A DNA stretch of 64,000 nt from an uncultured delta proteobacterium. GTDB lineage: Bacteria > Desulfobacterota > Binatia > UBA9968. Position numbers and translations under genes: made by a program. Location: the NCBI GenBank assembly GCA_963760795.1, contig CAVXEP010000016.1, positions 160,395 to 224,394 on the forward strand, given 5' to 3'. Shown here piece after piece: positions 21,244 through 31,605 of the stretch. Position 1 is the stretch's first letter. The number at the start of each line of letters is the position of its first letter. The notes under the pieces were generated by a model. It made no database searches. It had not been told where the DNA came from and saw nothing but the letters and a program-made list of their open reading frames with translations.

Positions 21244-22227
21244 ATGGGATTACTGATTCGAGCGACACTATTGTCGCTGCTGTTGCTGCCCCGGTATTCA
21301 CCCGCCCAGGCCAAGATCACCATCGCCTATATCTCCGACTCGCCGAGCTCATCGGTGCCCCAGTGGATCGCCAAGGAAACCGGGATATTCAAAAAGTATG
21401 GGCTGGACATCGATCTGGTATTTATCGACGGCAGCACCCGCGGTATTCAAGCGCTCTTGGCCGGCGATCTCGGCTTCACCGAAGCGGTGGGTACCTCGGC
21501 GATCAACGGCAAGATCGCCGGCGGCAACATTGCCATCATCAACGGCGTGGTCAACACGCTGCCTTACTACATCATCGGCAATCCGGCGATCAAATCGCGC
21601 GACGATCTCAAAGGCCGCATCGCGGCAGTGCATATACCGGGCACGGCGGCCGACTTTGCCTTGCGGCTGGCGCTTAAGGGCATCAACTTGCCGTACAATC
21701 AGATCAAAGCGATCACCGTCGGCGGCGGGCCGGCGCGCATCGGCGCCTTGATCAACGGCCAGGCGGAATTCACCATCGTCAGCGACGCCGAGAGAATTCA
21801 AGGCGAACGGGTTGGCCAGAAAGTCATCATCGATATCGCCGAACTCAAAGTGCCGTTTCAATTTACCTGCACTGTCACTTCGCTCAAAATGATTCGCGAG
21901 CAGCCTGACACCGTGCGGCGCATGGTCGAAGCGATCGCCGCCGGGATTCATTTCTTTAAGAACAACAAGGAAGAGACGATTAAGATCTTGAGTAAATACA
22001 CGCGCGGCGCCGATCGCACGATCCTCGAAGGCGCCTACACGGCTTACAACAAACTATTCGTCGAAGACACCTATCCGACGATTGAAGGCTTGCGCAACAC
22101 GCTGGAGATCCAGTCGTCCTGGGATCCCAAGGTCGCCAAGGCTAAAGCCGAGGATTTCGTCGACCTGCGTTTCGTCGATCAGATGCGCAGCAGCGGCTTT
22201 ATCGACAAGCTTTATGGCCGTAGATAG
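21244..22227 (+). CDS. ABC-type substrate-binding protein (NMT1/SsuA-like)
   Basis: Signal peptide, WIAKETGIFKKYGLD, DLKGR, C-terminal D.RF...M..SGFIDKLY. Confidence 0.85.
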   Translation: MGLLIRATLLSLLLLPRYSPAQAKITIAYISDSPSSSVPQWIAKETGIFKKYGLDIDLVFIDGSTRGIQALLAGDLGFTEAVGTSAINGKIAGGNIAIINGVVNTLPYYIIGNPAIKSRDDLKGRIAAVHIPGTAADFALRLALKGINLPYNQIKAITVGGGPARIGALINGQAEFTIVSDAERIQGERVGQKVIIDIAELKVPFQFTCTVTSLKMIREQPDTVRRMVEAIAAGIHFFKNNKEETIKILSKYTRGADRTILEGAYTAYNKLFVEDTYPTIEGLRNTLEIQSSWDPKVAKAKAEDFVDLRFVDQMRSSGFIDKLYGRR

Positions 22228-22247
22228 TCAATTAGGATTCGGAGTGT

Positions 22248-22468
22248 CAACCACAAAGTCTGTCCTGAGCGAATGCGAAGGAACTGGAGCCGCACAAAGG
22301 GCGCAAAAAAATCCCAAGATGAAATCCCAGTGTAGGGGCGTATGGCATACGCCCTGGGGTAGTGGAGTGGCAATCGCGTGGCGCCAAGATTTGCGTTCTA
22401 GATTTTGCCGAACTTCGTGCTCGTAGCGTGTGGTGACGTAAAGTCCAACGCATGTCCTTCGTGATGAA
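22248..22468. repeat. nested repeat cluster (CACAAAG/CTTCGTG element containing a CTGAGCGAATGCGAAG hairpin and a GTAG REP at 22332-22354)
   Basis: Motifs of three repeat families are visible within one intergenic gap. Confidence 0.6.
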
Positions 22469-22494
22469 CAAGTCTTTCGCGTTAGGAGTGGAAA

Positions 22495-23620
22495 ATGACA
22501 TCTAGGCTGTAGAATCTACACGGTAGCTACGGCGATTGTTTTCTTCGTTTCTCTGACGGCTGGCGTCGCCGTGGCGCAGAGCGATTGGAAGAAAGACTGG
22601 GAGCGGGTCCAGCAAGACGCGAAGAAAGAGGGTGCCATCGTCGTCGGCATCCCGGCGCGGGCCGAACTGAGGAAACAAATGGAGGCGGTGTTCAAACCCA
22701 AATTCGGCATCGACATGGATCTGTCGACGGCGCGCGGACCGCAAAACGCCAGCCGCATCGCCGCGGAATACGCCGCCGGGGTGAAAAACTTCGATGTCTT
22801 TATCGGCGGCAGCGGCACATTTGAGTCGTTGGTCGAGGGCGGCATGGTCGAACCGTTAGATGCGCTGATGCTTCTGCCCGAAGTCAAAGAGGCCAAGCAG
22901 TGGTGGGGCGGCCATATCTGGGAAGATAACTTGAGCGGCAACCGCCATCTCTATTCATTCATCGCCGAAGCCGGCACCGGCGGCCTGTGGTTTAACACCG
23001 AAGCAGCGAAGCCCAACGAGCTGCGTTCCTTTGACGATCTGCTGAACCCCAAGTGGAAAGGCAAGATCGGCTTTCTCGACCCGCGCACACCCGGCTCGGG
23101 TCAGTCGGTGTGGTCTTATTTGTGGGATAAAAAAGGTGAGCCCTTTTTGCGCAAACTCTTGCAGCAAGATCTGTTCATCAGCCGTGACCAGCGCCAATTG
23201 GGCGACGCCCTGGCCAAAGGCAAAGTCGCGATTGCCCTCGGCGTAAGCTTCTACACTCTCGAAGGTTTCATCGTCGCCAATTTGCCGGTGAAGGAGTTGC
23301 CGACACCGAAGGAAGGCTTGCCGTCGAGCAACGGCTCAGGCGTCATCGGCGTCGTCAAAAACGCGCCCCACCCCAACGCGGCGCGGCTGTTCGTCAACTG
23401 GCTGCTGTCCAAGGAAGGCCAGGAGTTATACGTGAAAGCTATGCACCAATCGACCCGCCGCCTCGATGTCGACACCAAATGGCTGCGCGAACACGGCGTG
23501 CGCGCCGCCAAGGACAACATGACCGTGGATCAATATCACAAGGCGAGAAATCACTTGGAAGACAAATATACGCGGGTACGGATTCCGGCAGGGAAGTTCG
23601 CCGAGGAAATTCTCAAATGA
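22495..23620 (+). CDS. extracellular solute-binding protein (Fe3+/thiamine-type ABC SBP), frameshift in leader
   Basis: AKKEG, DLLNPKWKGKI, APHPNAARLFVNWLLSKEGQ; RBS AGGAG before ATG 22495. Confidence 0.83.
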
Positions 23621-23684
23621 GTTCAAAGCTCAAGCGTTCAAGGTTTCAAGTATCCTGTTTATTGCACTTTGAGCTCTTTAACTT
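23621..23684. repeat. GTTCAA/TTGAAC periodic inverted repeat
   Basis: GTTCAAAGCTCAAGCGTTCAAGGTTTCAAG...TTGAGCTCTTTAAC; related to 25139-25200 and 32128-32165. Confidence 0.55.
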
Positions 23685-23776
23685 CTCATAAAAACTGACC
23701 TTTGGCATTTGCAGTATCTGCTGCTTTAGATAGGTCGCGATCCCCACAGCTTTCAAGACATTCGGGAACAAACGGC

Positions 23777-25122
23777 TCAAAGGTCCTGAATCTTTCGATT
23801 CGCCGGCGCGGTTTCCAATATTTCGTCGAACTTTCGGGTGATCTCGCGCAACTTGTCCAGGCTGGGGGAATCCGCCAGCGGGAGAGCATCCTCACCGTGG
23901 CGGTCCATCGCGGCCAAGACCTTGGTTACCGTCAGCTGGTCGAGCGGGCAGCCCGGCTGATAGGCGACCATCTCACTGTCGCTGGCACGAATCTCCGCAA
24001 GAATTCTGGCTTCCGTCAGCTCGAGAAGAGTGGAACGAACTAAACGGATGGGGATTTCCAATTCCTGGGCGATGTCCTCGGCGGTCGGCGCGCTTTGCGC
24101 CTGGACAAACGCCTTGACGCAATGATGCGGTGATGAACAGGGCCACCGTGCGTTTGAACCGATTGCTGAGACTGGCGCAGTCGGCGGCGAACTCATAGGC
24201 AGGCGACATTCTGATGGGCAAAGGAGACTTCGGCGCCGAACAGAACGATCAGCCAGCTCAATTGCAGCCACACCAGAAACAGCGGCAACGCCGCGAAACT
24301 GCCGTAGATCGCGCCGTACCCGGAGACACCGACTTGGAATTTGATGTAGGTAAACTGCGTCAGTTGATAGATCGTCCCGGCGAGAACCCCGCCCCAGATG
24401 GCGGATTTTAGCTGCACTTTGGTGTTCGGCATGAAAACATACATGAAGGTGAATAAAAACCAGATCACGGTATAGGGCAAAAACTTGATGAGAATAATGA
24501 TTATGCCGCCGGCATAACCGAGGAAGGCGAGCCCTTCGACCATCGTGGTAATTTGCGTGGTCACTAACAGGGTCACGCTGCTGGCGATAATCAACAGCAC
24601 CGGACAGATAATCATCACCGATAAATAATCGGCAAGCTTGCGGCCCAAGGCGCGCGCCCTGGCGATGCCCCAAATATCGTTGAGAGCGCTTTCAATGTTG
24701 CCTAAGACTTTTATCACCGACCAAAACAACACCGCCACACCGACGCCGGCGATGGCGCCGCCCTTGGTGTTCTCCAACAGGGTGCGGGCAAAGCCGAGCA
24801 GGCGGTCGGCGACTTCGGGCTGCCCCTCCAGTTTGGCGAGCAGCTGCGCCTCGAGTATTTTCTCCAGGCCGAATCCCTTTGCGACGCCGAAAGCCATCGC
24901 GACCACGGGCACGATCGACAGCAAGGTGTAAAAGGTCAGCGCCGAGGCACGCAATTCACACTTGTTGTCGAAGAATCGGCGGCTCGCCAGCAGCAGGATC
25001 CGTAACGGGTTGATATAAAGTTGTTTTCGCCGATCTAATTTACGCCCATGGATGCGCCAAATATCGCTTTTGAGAAATTGCCTCGAGGCGGAAATTTTGT
25101 CGCGCAGTGTGCTTTCCGGCAT
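23777..25122 (-). CDS. YihY/virulence factor BrkB family membrane protein with C-terminal HTH, frameshifted
   Basis: ASALTFYTLLSIVP, IESALNDIWG, MPNTKV, YGAIYGSFAALP, LSWLIVLFGAE; HTH IAQELEIPIRLV in a shifted frame. Confidence 0.85.
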
Positions 25123-25138
25123 AGCCTCCTTCGATTCC

Positions 25139-25200
25139 GTTCAAAGGTTCAAGCGTTCAAGGTTCAACGTTTTCGGAATCGGATTGAACTTATTGAACAA
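25139..25200. repeat. GTTCAA/TTGAAC periodic inverted repeat
   Basis: GTTCAAAGGTTCAAGCGTTCAAGGTTCAACG...TTGAACTTATTGAAC. Confidence 0.6.
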
Positions 25201-26331
25201 TTATTTGAGCGCCGGCATCGCACTCTTGACCCCTGTCTTGGCCAATTCATCGTCATAGTGCCTGCGAATATGCGGATCTTCGTCGGCGTACTCGATCAAG
25301 GTTCCGCCTTGTTTGACGTCGATATAGACGCCGTCTTCGCTGCGTTTGTCGGCGATCTTGAAACCGATGGGGTGGATGCGACTGCCGTAACGGAGCGCCA
25401 AGTGGCGCGCGGGATCGGCGCCGGTGTTGAAGTGTTGATGGAACCATCCGCCGCCGGGGCAGTAGACGCTGCCGGCTTTCCATTTGACCTCGACCACTTC
25501 ATCGCCATGGCCGTTCTCGAAGGGGTGCGTGCCCGCCTCTTTTGACCAAAGCAGGACGTAGCCGGATGACTGCAAGCCTAAGAGAATCGCGCCGGCGCCG
25601 TGATAGTGCGCTTTGTGATAGCGCGCGGCGGGCCAGGTGGCTAGATGGCCGATCAAACTATTACCGGCGATTTCGAACTGGGTGATGCCGACGCCGGCGC
25701 CTTTGACTTCGCGGCTGTCGACGTTGGCGGTTTGGATGTCGCTGATAAAGTTGGTCTCCCAGATATGCTGCATGCCGGCCTCGTAGCGCTTGAGACCTTG
25801 ATTGAAATAGCCGTCGTCGGCGGCGTAACGGTCGGCGAAATTATACGGACAGTTAAAAATAAAATCTTCGTTGTGGACGATGTCCATGACCAGCGGCGCG
25901 TTGCTCACCGACAAGTATTTCACCGGCGTCCGGCCGCCATTGATCAAGCGGTGCCAAGTATTGAGCGGCGGTGCGAACAGGCTCCAGGGGCCCCACTCGA
26001 ACATCAGCTTCTTGCCGCCGTCCTGCCAGACCTCCGTGGCGCCTTGGCCTTCGAGGATAACCATCACTTCTTCATAGAAGTGCTTCTCCGGCTTCAACGC
26101 GCCGCCGGCGGGGATCTCGCCGACATACATGCCGGTGACGCCTTCCATGCCGTAGAGATTTAAGAACGCCGCTTTGCCACCGGTGCGCGACCAAGGAGCC
26201 ATGGCGACATCGCGCACATCTTCGACGCCATAACCGTCGACCACCGGGATGGCTTCCTTGGCCATCCAGCGAAAGTAAGTGGTCTTACGAAAGGCCGCCA
26301 TCAAAGCTTCGATACGTGGGTTCTGTGCCAT
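25201..26331 (-). CDS. bicupin protein (gentisate dioxygenase-like fold)
   Basis: EKHFYEE...PLNTWHRL and YHKAHYHG...WFHQHFN cupin motifs. Confidence 0.8.
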   Translation of the reverse strand: MAQNPRIEALMAAFRKTTYFRWMAKEAIPVVDGYGVEDVRDVAMAPWSRTGGKAAFLNLYGMEGVTGMYVGEIPAGGALKPEKHFYEEVMVILEGQGATEVWQDGGKKLMFEWGPWSLFAPPLNTWHRLINGGRTPVKYLSVSNAPLVMDIVHNEDFIFNCPYNFADRYAADDGYFNQGLKRYEAGMQHIWETNFISDIQTANVDSREVKGAGVGITQFEIAGNSLIGHLATWPAARYHKAHYHGAGAILLGLQSSGYVLLWSKEAGTHPFENGHGDEVVEVKWKAGSVYCPGGGWFHQHFNTGADPARHLALRYGSRIHPIGFKIADKRSEDGVYIDVKQGGTLIEYADEDPHIRRHYDDELAKTGVKSAMPALK

Positions 26332-26470
26332 GTGAAGAATCACTCCCGATTACTGAATTGTTCGTCGAACTCGACCTTTAGCACGATTTGGCAAAGCGCA
26401 GGAAGTCTTGGAGCGCGGAAATTCGCGGGCGGATTTCTCGTCGCACGCAAAGCATGTTAAGATTTGGCCG

Positions 26471-26995
26471 ATGAAGTTGTTGCGCAATCTCGGCCTGGTC
26501 CTAACGCTGATGACGCTCGCAGGCTGTTCTCATCCGATGACCATGAGATCGCCTGAGGGCGTGACCTACGACGGACGTTACCGTTTCGGCCGCGATGACA
26601 GCGGTCTTATGCAAATTCATGGGCCGGAAAATGAAGTGCTGCTGGGCCGCTTCGACCGAGTCGGCCGGACGGCATTTGTCGAGAACTATCAGAAAGCCTT
26701 CGGCCGCGGCACCATCGAGATTGACGGCCCCGACCTGTCGCGCCATGTCGGAAGTCTAGGCGGGGTGATTGGACCTACCTCAGGCTTTCATGAAACCGCT
26801 TTTGCCGATCCGGCCGCGGCCGCCGAGGGACGGCCGAGCAAGTCGATCACCGGGCCGCTGTTTTACTGGGTCGCCTCCCTGCAAGGCGACCGGCGCACCG
26901 TGCTCGGCTGCTTTCTCATCGGCTCGTCGTACACCGGCAGCGGTTTCGGCCGCTGTAAAAGCCAGAGCGGCCAAGAGTACGACATCGATTTTTGA
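26471..26995 (+). CDS. hypothetical lipoprotein
   Basis: MKLLRNLGLVLTLMTLAGC lipobox; C-terminal C...G.G.C motif. Confidence 0.7.
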   Translation: MKLLRNLGLVLTLMTLAGCSHPMTMRSPEGVTYDGRYRFGRDDSGLMQIHGPENEVLLGRFDRVGRTAFVENYQKAFGRGTIEIDGPDLSRHVGSLGGVIGPTSGFHETAFADPAAAAEGRPSKSITGPLFYWVASLQGDRRTVLGCFLIGSSYTGSGFGRCKSQSGQEYDIDF

Positions 26996-27061
26996 CTATT
27001 CGTTTTCGCTGCCGGTTCCCATCAGCGCGATACCGTCGGTCTACTTGCAAGACATAATCTC

Positions 27062-28051
27062 ATGACGTCAAATCTCAAGTTCGGTCTGCTGCTGCCCCAT
27101 TTCGGCGCCCATATGTCGGTTGCCGACTGCCTTGAGGGCGCGCGGCGCGCCGAGGCGTACGGTTTCGATTCGGTGTGGGTGCGCGATCACTTGGTTTTCA
27201 AACCGCACGCCGGCGAAGGCGGCGATCCGAGTCATCTGGAATGCCTGATGCTGCTCGCAGCATTGGCGCCGGTGACGACCAAATTGCAATTCGGCACCGC
27301 CATGGCGATTTGCCATCGCCATCCGATTCACCTGGCGCAATCCTGCGCCGGGTTAAGCGAAATCTCCAAAGGACGATTTATTCTAGGCCTTGGTTTAGGC
27401 GGCTTTCCCCATGAGTTTGCCGCCGCCGGGCGACCGAGTTCGCTTACCGAGCGCGCCGAGCTGGCACGGATCAATATCGAAATCTGCCGAACGTTGTGGC
27501 GCGGCGAAACGGTTTCCCATCGCAGCGCTTATTTTGAATTCAAAGATGTCGCCCTCAAGCCACGTCCTGACAAATCCATTCCCATCTGGATCGGCGGTAG
27601 CACGCCCGCGGCATGCCGCCGTGCCGTGGCGCTGGGCGATGGCTGGATGCCGGCGCGGATCAATTACCCGACGTTCGGCAAACGGATCGAATACCTGCGA
27701 TCGCTCTGTGCCGAGGCGGGCCGGCCGATGATTGAAACCGCGGTGATGCCATTTACCACCATCGGCAAAGATGTCGAGAACGCGCTGCGCGGCATTGACG
27801 TCAAAGGCTTGTTGGATGAAGCGCATAATTCCTCCACCTGGGTAAAACCGGCGTCGGGCAAATTTGAAACCCGCGAAGACCTGGGCGGTGTGCTGATCGC
27901 CGGCTCGCCCGCCGACATCGTGCGCGAAAGCGCAACCTATGAAGCCGCCGGCGCCAATCACATCGTCTACGACTTGCGCCTGCGCTTTAACGACTGGTAC
28001 GAGCAGATCGATTTGTTGGGAAAAGAAGTGCTGCCGGCACTGCGCTCTTAA
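27062..28051 (+). CDS. LLM-class flavin-dependent oxidoreductase
   Basis: AEAYGFDSVWVRDH, SKGRFILGLGLG, PIWIGG, GDGWMP. Confidence 0.88.
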   Translation: MTSNLKFGLLLPHFGAHMSVADCLEGARRAEAYGFDSVWVRDHLVFKPHAGEGGDPSHLECLMLLAALAPVTTKLQFGTAMAICHRHPIHLAQSCAGLSEISKGRFILGLGLGGFPHEFAAAGRPSSLTERAELARINIEICRTLWRGETVSHRSAYFEFKDVALKPRPDKSIPIWIGGSTPAACRRAVALGDGWMPARINYPTFGKRIEYLRSLCAEAGRPMIETAVMPFTTIGKDVENALRGIDVKGLLDEAHNSSTWVKPASGKFETREDLGGVLIAGSPADIVRESATYEAAGANHIVYDLRLRFNDWYEQIDLLGKEVLPALRS

Positions 28052-28053
28052 GA

Positions 28054-28124
28054 CGTAAGGTGTGAAGGGTGAGGGGTAAGGGGTTTCGGACCGGACGCTT
28101 TACCCTTTACGCTTCACCCTTCAC
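28054..28124 (+). repeat. 7-nt-periodic palindromic element with TCGGACCGGACGC core (copy 1)
   Basis: (GTRAGGG)n ... TTTCGGACCGGACGC ... (CCCTTCAC)n between convergent genes. Confidence 0.78.
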
Positions 28125-29452
28125 CTATGTTTCCTACCGACGGCACAGTGAAACGGTTCTGAGATAAAAAACGTGCCTTCGGCATTGGCCCGTTCCAGAG
28201 CGGCACGCCATTCCGTGAGTTCGTCAGGATTGAGTAACGCGACGATGCGCTCGTGCAGGTAGTCTAATCTTTCGCCATCCTTGTGACTCGCCCATTGCGG
28301 CAGCATCGCGACATCCTTTAGTCCCGCCTCATTCATGCGCCGGTAGAGACTGGCGTCGGCGCAGCCTTTGTCGGTGACGTTACCGCCAAAAAGCGTTGCC
28401 GACTCGACCTTGGCTTTAAGTTGCGGCCCTAAAGGTAGATTCACCCAACGTGGCAGATCAGTGGAGCGGGTGACACTGCCGACTTTGCCGCCCGGTTTGG
28501 TGACCCGGACGAATTCACTGAGCATGCGATCGGCATCGCCTTCTTCCATCACGGTGCAAGAAATGGTGCGATCAAATCGGTTGTCCGCGAATGGTAGTTG
28601 GGTGGCGTCGCCAGGGTGGAATTCGATATAACCCTCCAACCCTTCGCGCTTGGCCAACGCCGCCGCCTCGCCCATGAGATAACGATTTACATCGGCGGCG
28701 ACGATCGGATTGGCCCCACGGGTGCGGGCAGCGAGACGACGAACGATGGCGCCGGGACCGCAGCCGACTTCGAGAATCGAATGTCCCGGTCTAAGATTCA
28801 ATTCATGGAACAGTTGATCGATGACACGCATGTAGCTCGACTGCGCTCTGGTTTCGAGATGGGCGACCATGCCGAGATGAGCGCCGCCCAAGGTAATGAC
28901 GCAGAAGTTTTCGCTCAGTGGCTTGACGAGCGGTTGCCACTGGGAAGGCGAGAGCGCCAGCGGCATGAGCAACAACGGCTCGCCGCTGCCATGACAGGAA
29001 TAGGTGATGCCGTCGCATTCGCCGAACCGGGACGATAAGTTTGCGATTCGCTGTGAATCGCCGAGAGCGTTGGTCTCGATAAATTCCCTCATCGCACTAC
29101 CGATGGCGTCGCGCCGATCGCCAATCGGGTCGGCCCAAGGCGGGCTAAAGTAGTTCTCTAGAATCAGCGACCGCGCACCGGCGATCTTTTTCGCATCTCT
29201 GATCGCGTCGAGGCCGCCGCGCCCCTTGTCGCCGGTGACGATAAAGATCGGCGGTGGGCTGGTGACCAAGGGCGCCAGTTCGATGCCCATCGGGCACATC
29301 AGCGTGAGCGACGCGACCGTGTTTTTGTGACGGGTAAGCAGTCCCACCCAGTCCCGCGGCATGCAGGCGGCGAAATGAGCACGCTCGATGCCGAGGTGAC
29401 GCATGAGCTCGATTAGGCGATCTTCGAGGGGAGCGTCGGTTAAGTTCGTCAT
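28121..29452 (-). CDS. class I SAM-dependent methyltransferase fused to a degenerate alpha/beta-hydrolase-like domain
   Basis: ILEVGCGPG, GDATQLPFADNRFD, RVTKPGG; N-terminal LGIERAHF and GSGEPLLL segments. Confidence 0.78.
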   Translation of the reverse strand: MTNLTDAPLEDRLIELMRHLGIERAHFAACMPRDWVGLLTRHKNTVASLTLMCPMGIELAPLVTSPPPIFIVTGDKGRGGLDAIRDAKKIAGARSLILENYFSPPWADPIGDRRDAIGSAMREFIETNALGDSQRIANLSSRFGECDGITYSCHGSGEPLLLMPLALSPSQWQPLVKPLSENFCVITLGGAHLGMVAHLETRAQSSYMRVIDQLFHELNLRPGHSILEVGCGPGAIVRRLAARTRGANPIVAADVNRYLMGEAAALAKREGLEGYIEFHPGDATQLPFADNRFDRTISCTVMEEGDADRMLSEFVRVTKPGGKVGSVTRSTDLPRWVNLPLGPQLKAKVESATLFGGNVTDKGCADASLYRRMNEAGLKDVAMLPQWASHKDGERLDYLHERIVALLNPDELTEWRAALERANAEGTFFISEPFHCAVGRKHR

Positions 29453-29481
29453 GAAAAGTAGTCTCCTACGGTGCGATTCTT

Positions 29482-29620
29482 CTAGCAGGTCGCCGAAAAA
29501 GCTTCTCGGAATCCTTCGACGTGACTCAGGACGAATGGAGGGGATTTGAAATCATCGATGATTTTTCGCTCATGCTGAGGTACTCGAAGCATTCCGACTC
29601 TTCTTTACGCAGGTTGCTAG
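29482..29620. mobile_element. putative MITE with CTAGCA termini containing a CTTCGAC..CTCAG / CTGAG..TCGAAG hairpin pair
   Basis: CTAGCAGG...TTGCTAG ends, internal TCGGAAT/ATTCCGA arms, and CCTTCGACGTGACTCAGG / CATGCTGAGGTACTCGAAGC. Confidence 0.45.
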
Positions 29621-29732
29621 CCTCTCTTTAGCTCGACCTTCAGCGCTAATACAACTCATCGCTGAACCTGTTTTTCTTAACTCGCTATGCTATTGATCTA
29701 GTGAAGCGAGGAATTGGCCGATTAAATCTCCA

Positions 29733-30431
29733 TTGCTCAATATCGGTTTCGTCAGCCCCGGACCGGCGACCTGGCCGCATTATGATGGCTTCATGCAGCT
29801 GGTGCCGGACTTTGTGCAGTTCGATTTTCAAGGCTTGGGGCTATTCGGCCAATCGCTTTACGAAATCATCGGCAAGAAACAGGAAGTCGTGCGCCGGGTC
29901 AGTGAACTTGCCACTGCAAAGAAATGGCATGCGGTCATTCTCATCGGCGCGCCGACCGAGGTGATGAACCCTGGACTGTTCGTGGAACTAAAAGCGGCTC
30001 TGCAAATCCCCGTGACCACCGCTCTGACGGCGTCGGTGCATGCGTTGCAACAGTACGACGCCAAGCGTTTACTGCTGCTGACGCCATTCGAGACCCGGCT
30101 GAACGGCATGATCGAAGAATATTTGACCGACGTCGGCTTCTCGGTGCGCGCGCCAAAGTCATTCGCCAACATCGGCGAGGCCGGCCGTTTGGGGCCGGAA
30201 GCGGTTTATGATCTCACCAAACAGGCGTTGGCCGAAGTCGGCTCTGTCGATGCCATATACTTTCAAGGCGCCGTGCTCGATCCATTGCCGGTGTTGCAAC
30301 AGATCGAAGACGATCTAAAGATCACCGCCATCGCCAGCAATCCGGCGATGCTCTGGGAAATACTTTCACAATTGGGCCGCCGCGCGCCGATCCAAGGTTA
30401 CGGCAAACTGCTCGCCGAGTGGCCGAGCTAG
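29733..30431 (+). CDS. Asp/Glu racemase-maleate isomerase-arylmalonate decarboxylase superfamily protein, cysteine-free
   Basis: IPVTTA, LLTPF, DAIYFQG, IASNPAMLW, GYGKLL; no Cys in the protein. Confidence 0.78.
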   Translation: MLNIGFVSPGPATWPHYDGFMQLVPDFVQFDFQGLGLFGQSLYEIIGKKQEVVRRVSELATAKKWHAVILIGAPTEVMNPGLFVELKAALQIPVTTALTASVHALQQYDAKRLLLLTPFETRLNGMIEEYLTDVGFSVRAPKSFANIGEAGRLGPEAVYDLTKQALAEVGSVDAIYFQGAVLDPLPVLQQIEDDLKITAIASNPAMLWEILSQLGRRAPIQGYGKLLAEWPS

Positions 30432-30437
30432 GCGACT

Positions 30438-31524
30438 ATGAAGTCAGATTCATATTCACCACGAAGGACATGGTTCGACTACGCTCACCACAGGCTACGG
30501 TCACGAAGTTTTCGGACAAGTAATTTTCCGACCTTCGTGCTCTTCGTGTCCTTCGTGGTGAATGCGTTCTTCATCAGCCCGCCAGAATACGCCCAAGCGA
30601 TGGACAAGATTCGCCTCGGCATGGGCGCTTTTAGCCCGAGCAATAGCGCCATATGGGTAGCTGAGGAGCGCGGTTTTTTCAAAAAGCATGGTCTCGACGT
30701 CGAGGCGATCTTCATCGGCGGTGGGGCGGCGCGCGGCATTAACGCCTTATTGGCGGGCGATATTCAGTTCGCCAGCGCCAGCGGCGGGCCGGTGATTAGC
30801 TCCATGCTCAAGGGCGTCGATGTGGTGATGATCGCCGCGCTCAACAACAAAGGCGTGCATCGGCTACTCGTGCGGCCGGATGTCGATACGCCGGAGGCCT
30901 TAAAGGGCAAGCGCATCGCCATTACCGCCTTTGGCACCGCATCCCATACGGTTCTGACGCTCTTGCTCAATCATTGGAACCTGCGCCAGGAGGAGTTGAA
31001 CGTCTTGCAGATCGGTTCATCACCGACCATGCTGGTGAGCTTGCAAAAGAAAGTCGTCGACGGCGCGGTGCTGACCGATCCGTCCTATTTCATCGCCGAA
31101 GACAATGGCTTCCGCGTTTTGGCCGATCTCGCCAAGATGAACATTCACTATCTGCAAAGCATGCTGGTGTCGACGCGCGGCTACCTGCGCGGCAACCGTG
31201 ATCAGGCGACTCGATTGATGCGCGCCTACGTCGAGGGGATCGCCTATTTCAAGCGCAACAAGAAGGAAAGCATCCGCATCATCCTGAAGAAAATGCGCAT
31301 GGAGGCGGACAAGGAGAAGTACGCCGAGCGCACCTACGACCAGTACGCCAACACCTATTTCGATCGTGTGCCCTATCCCTCCTTGGGCGGCATTCGCACC
31401 GTGCTCGACTCCATCGCCAAGGAGTTTCCCAAAGCTAAGGTCTGCCGACCCGGCGTCGTTCAGCGATCCAAGTATTTTGAAGTCGCTGGAAGACAGCGGC
31501 TTCATCAAAAGTCTGTACGAATAA
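30438..31524 (+). CDS. ABC-type substrate-binding protein (NMT1/SsuA-like), frameshift near 31440
   Basis: WVAEERGFFKKHGLD, LKGKRIAIT; true C-terminus SADP...LEDSGFIKSLYE* in a shifted frame. Confidence 0.83.
30455..30562. repeat. CACCACGAAG/CTTCGTGGTG element within the SBP 5' coding region, with a nested TTCGACTACGCTCA hairpin
   Basis: TCACCACGAAGGA...CCTTCGTGCTCTTCGTGTCCTTCGTGGTGAA. Confidence 0.75.
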
Positions 31525-31605
31525 TGTTTCTGGTCGTCAGCAATATCACCACAAAAACGGCGGCGAAAAGAGAAAGCGGTAATCAATGAGCCATCATTAG
31601 CCAGC

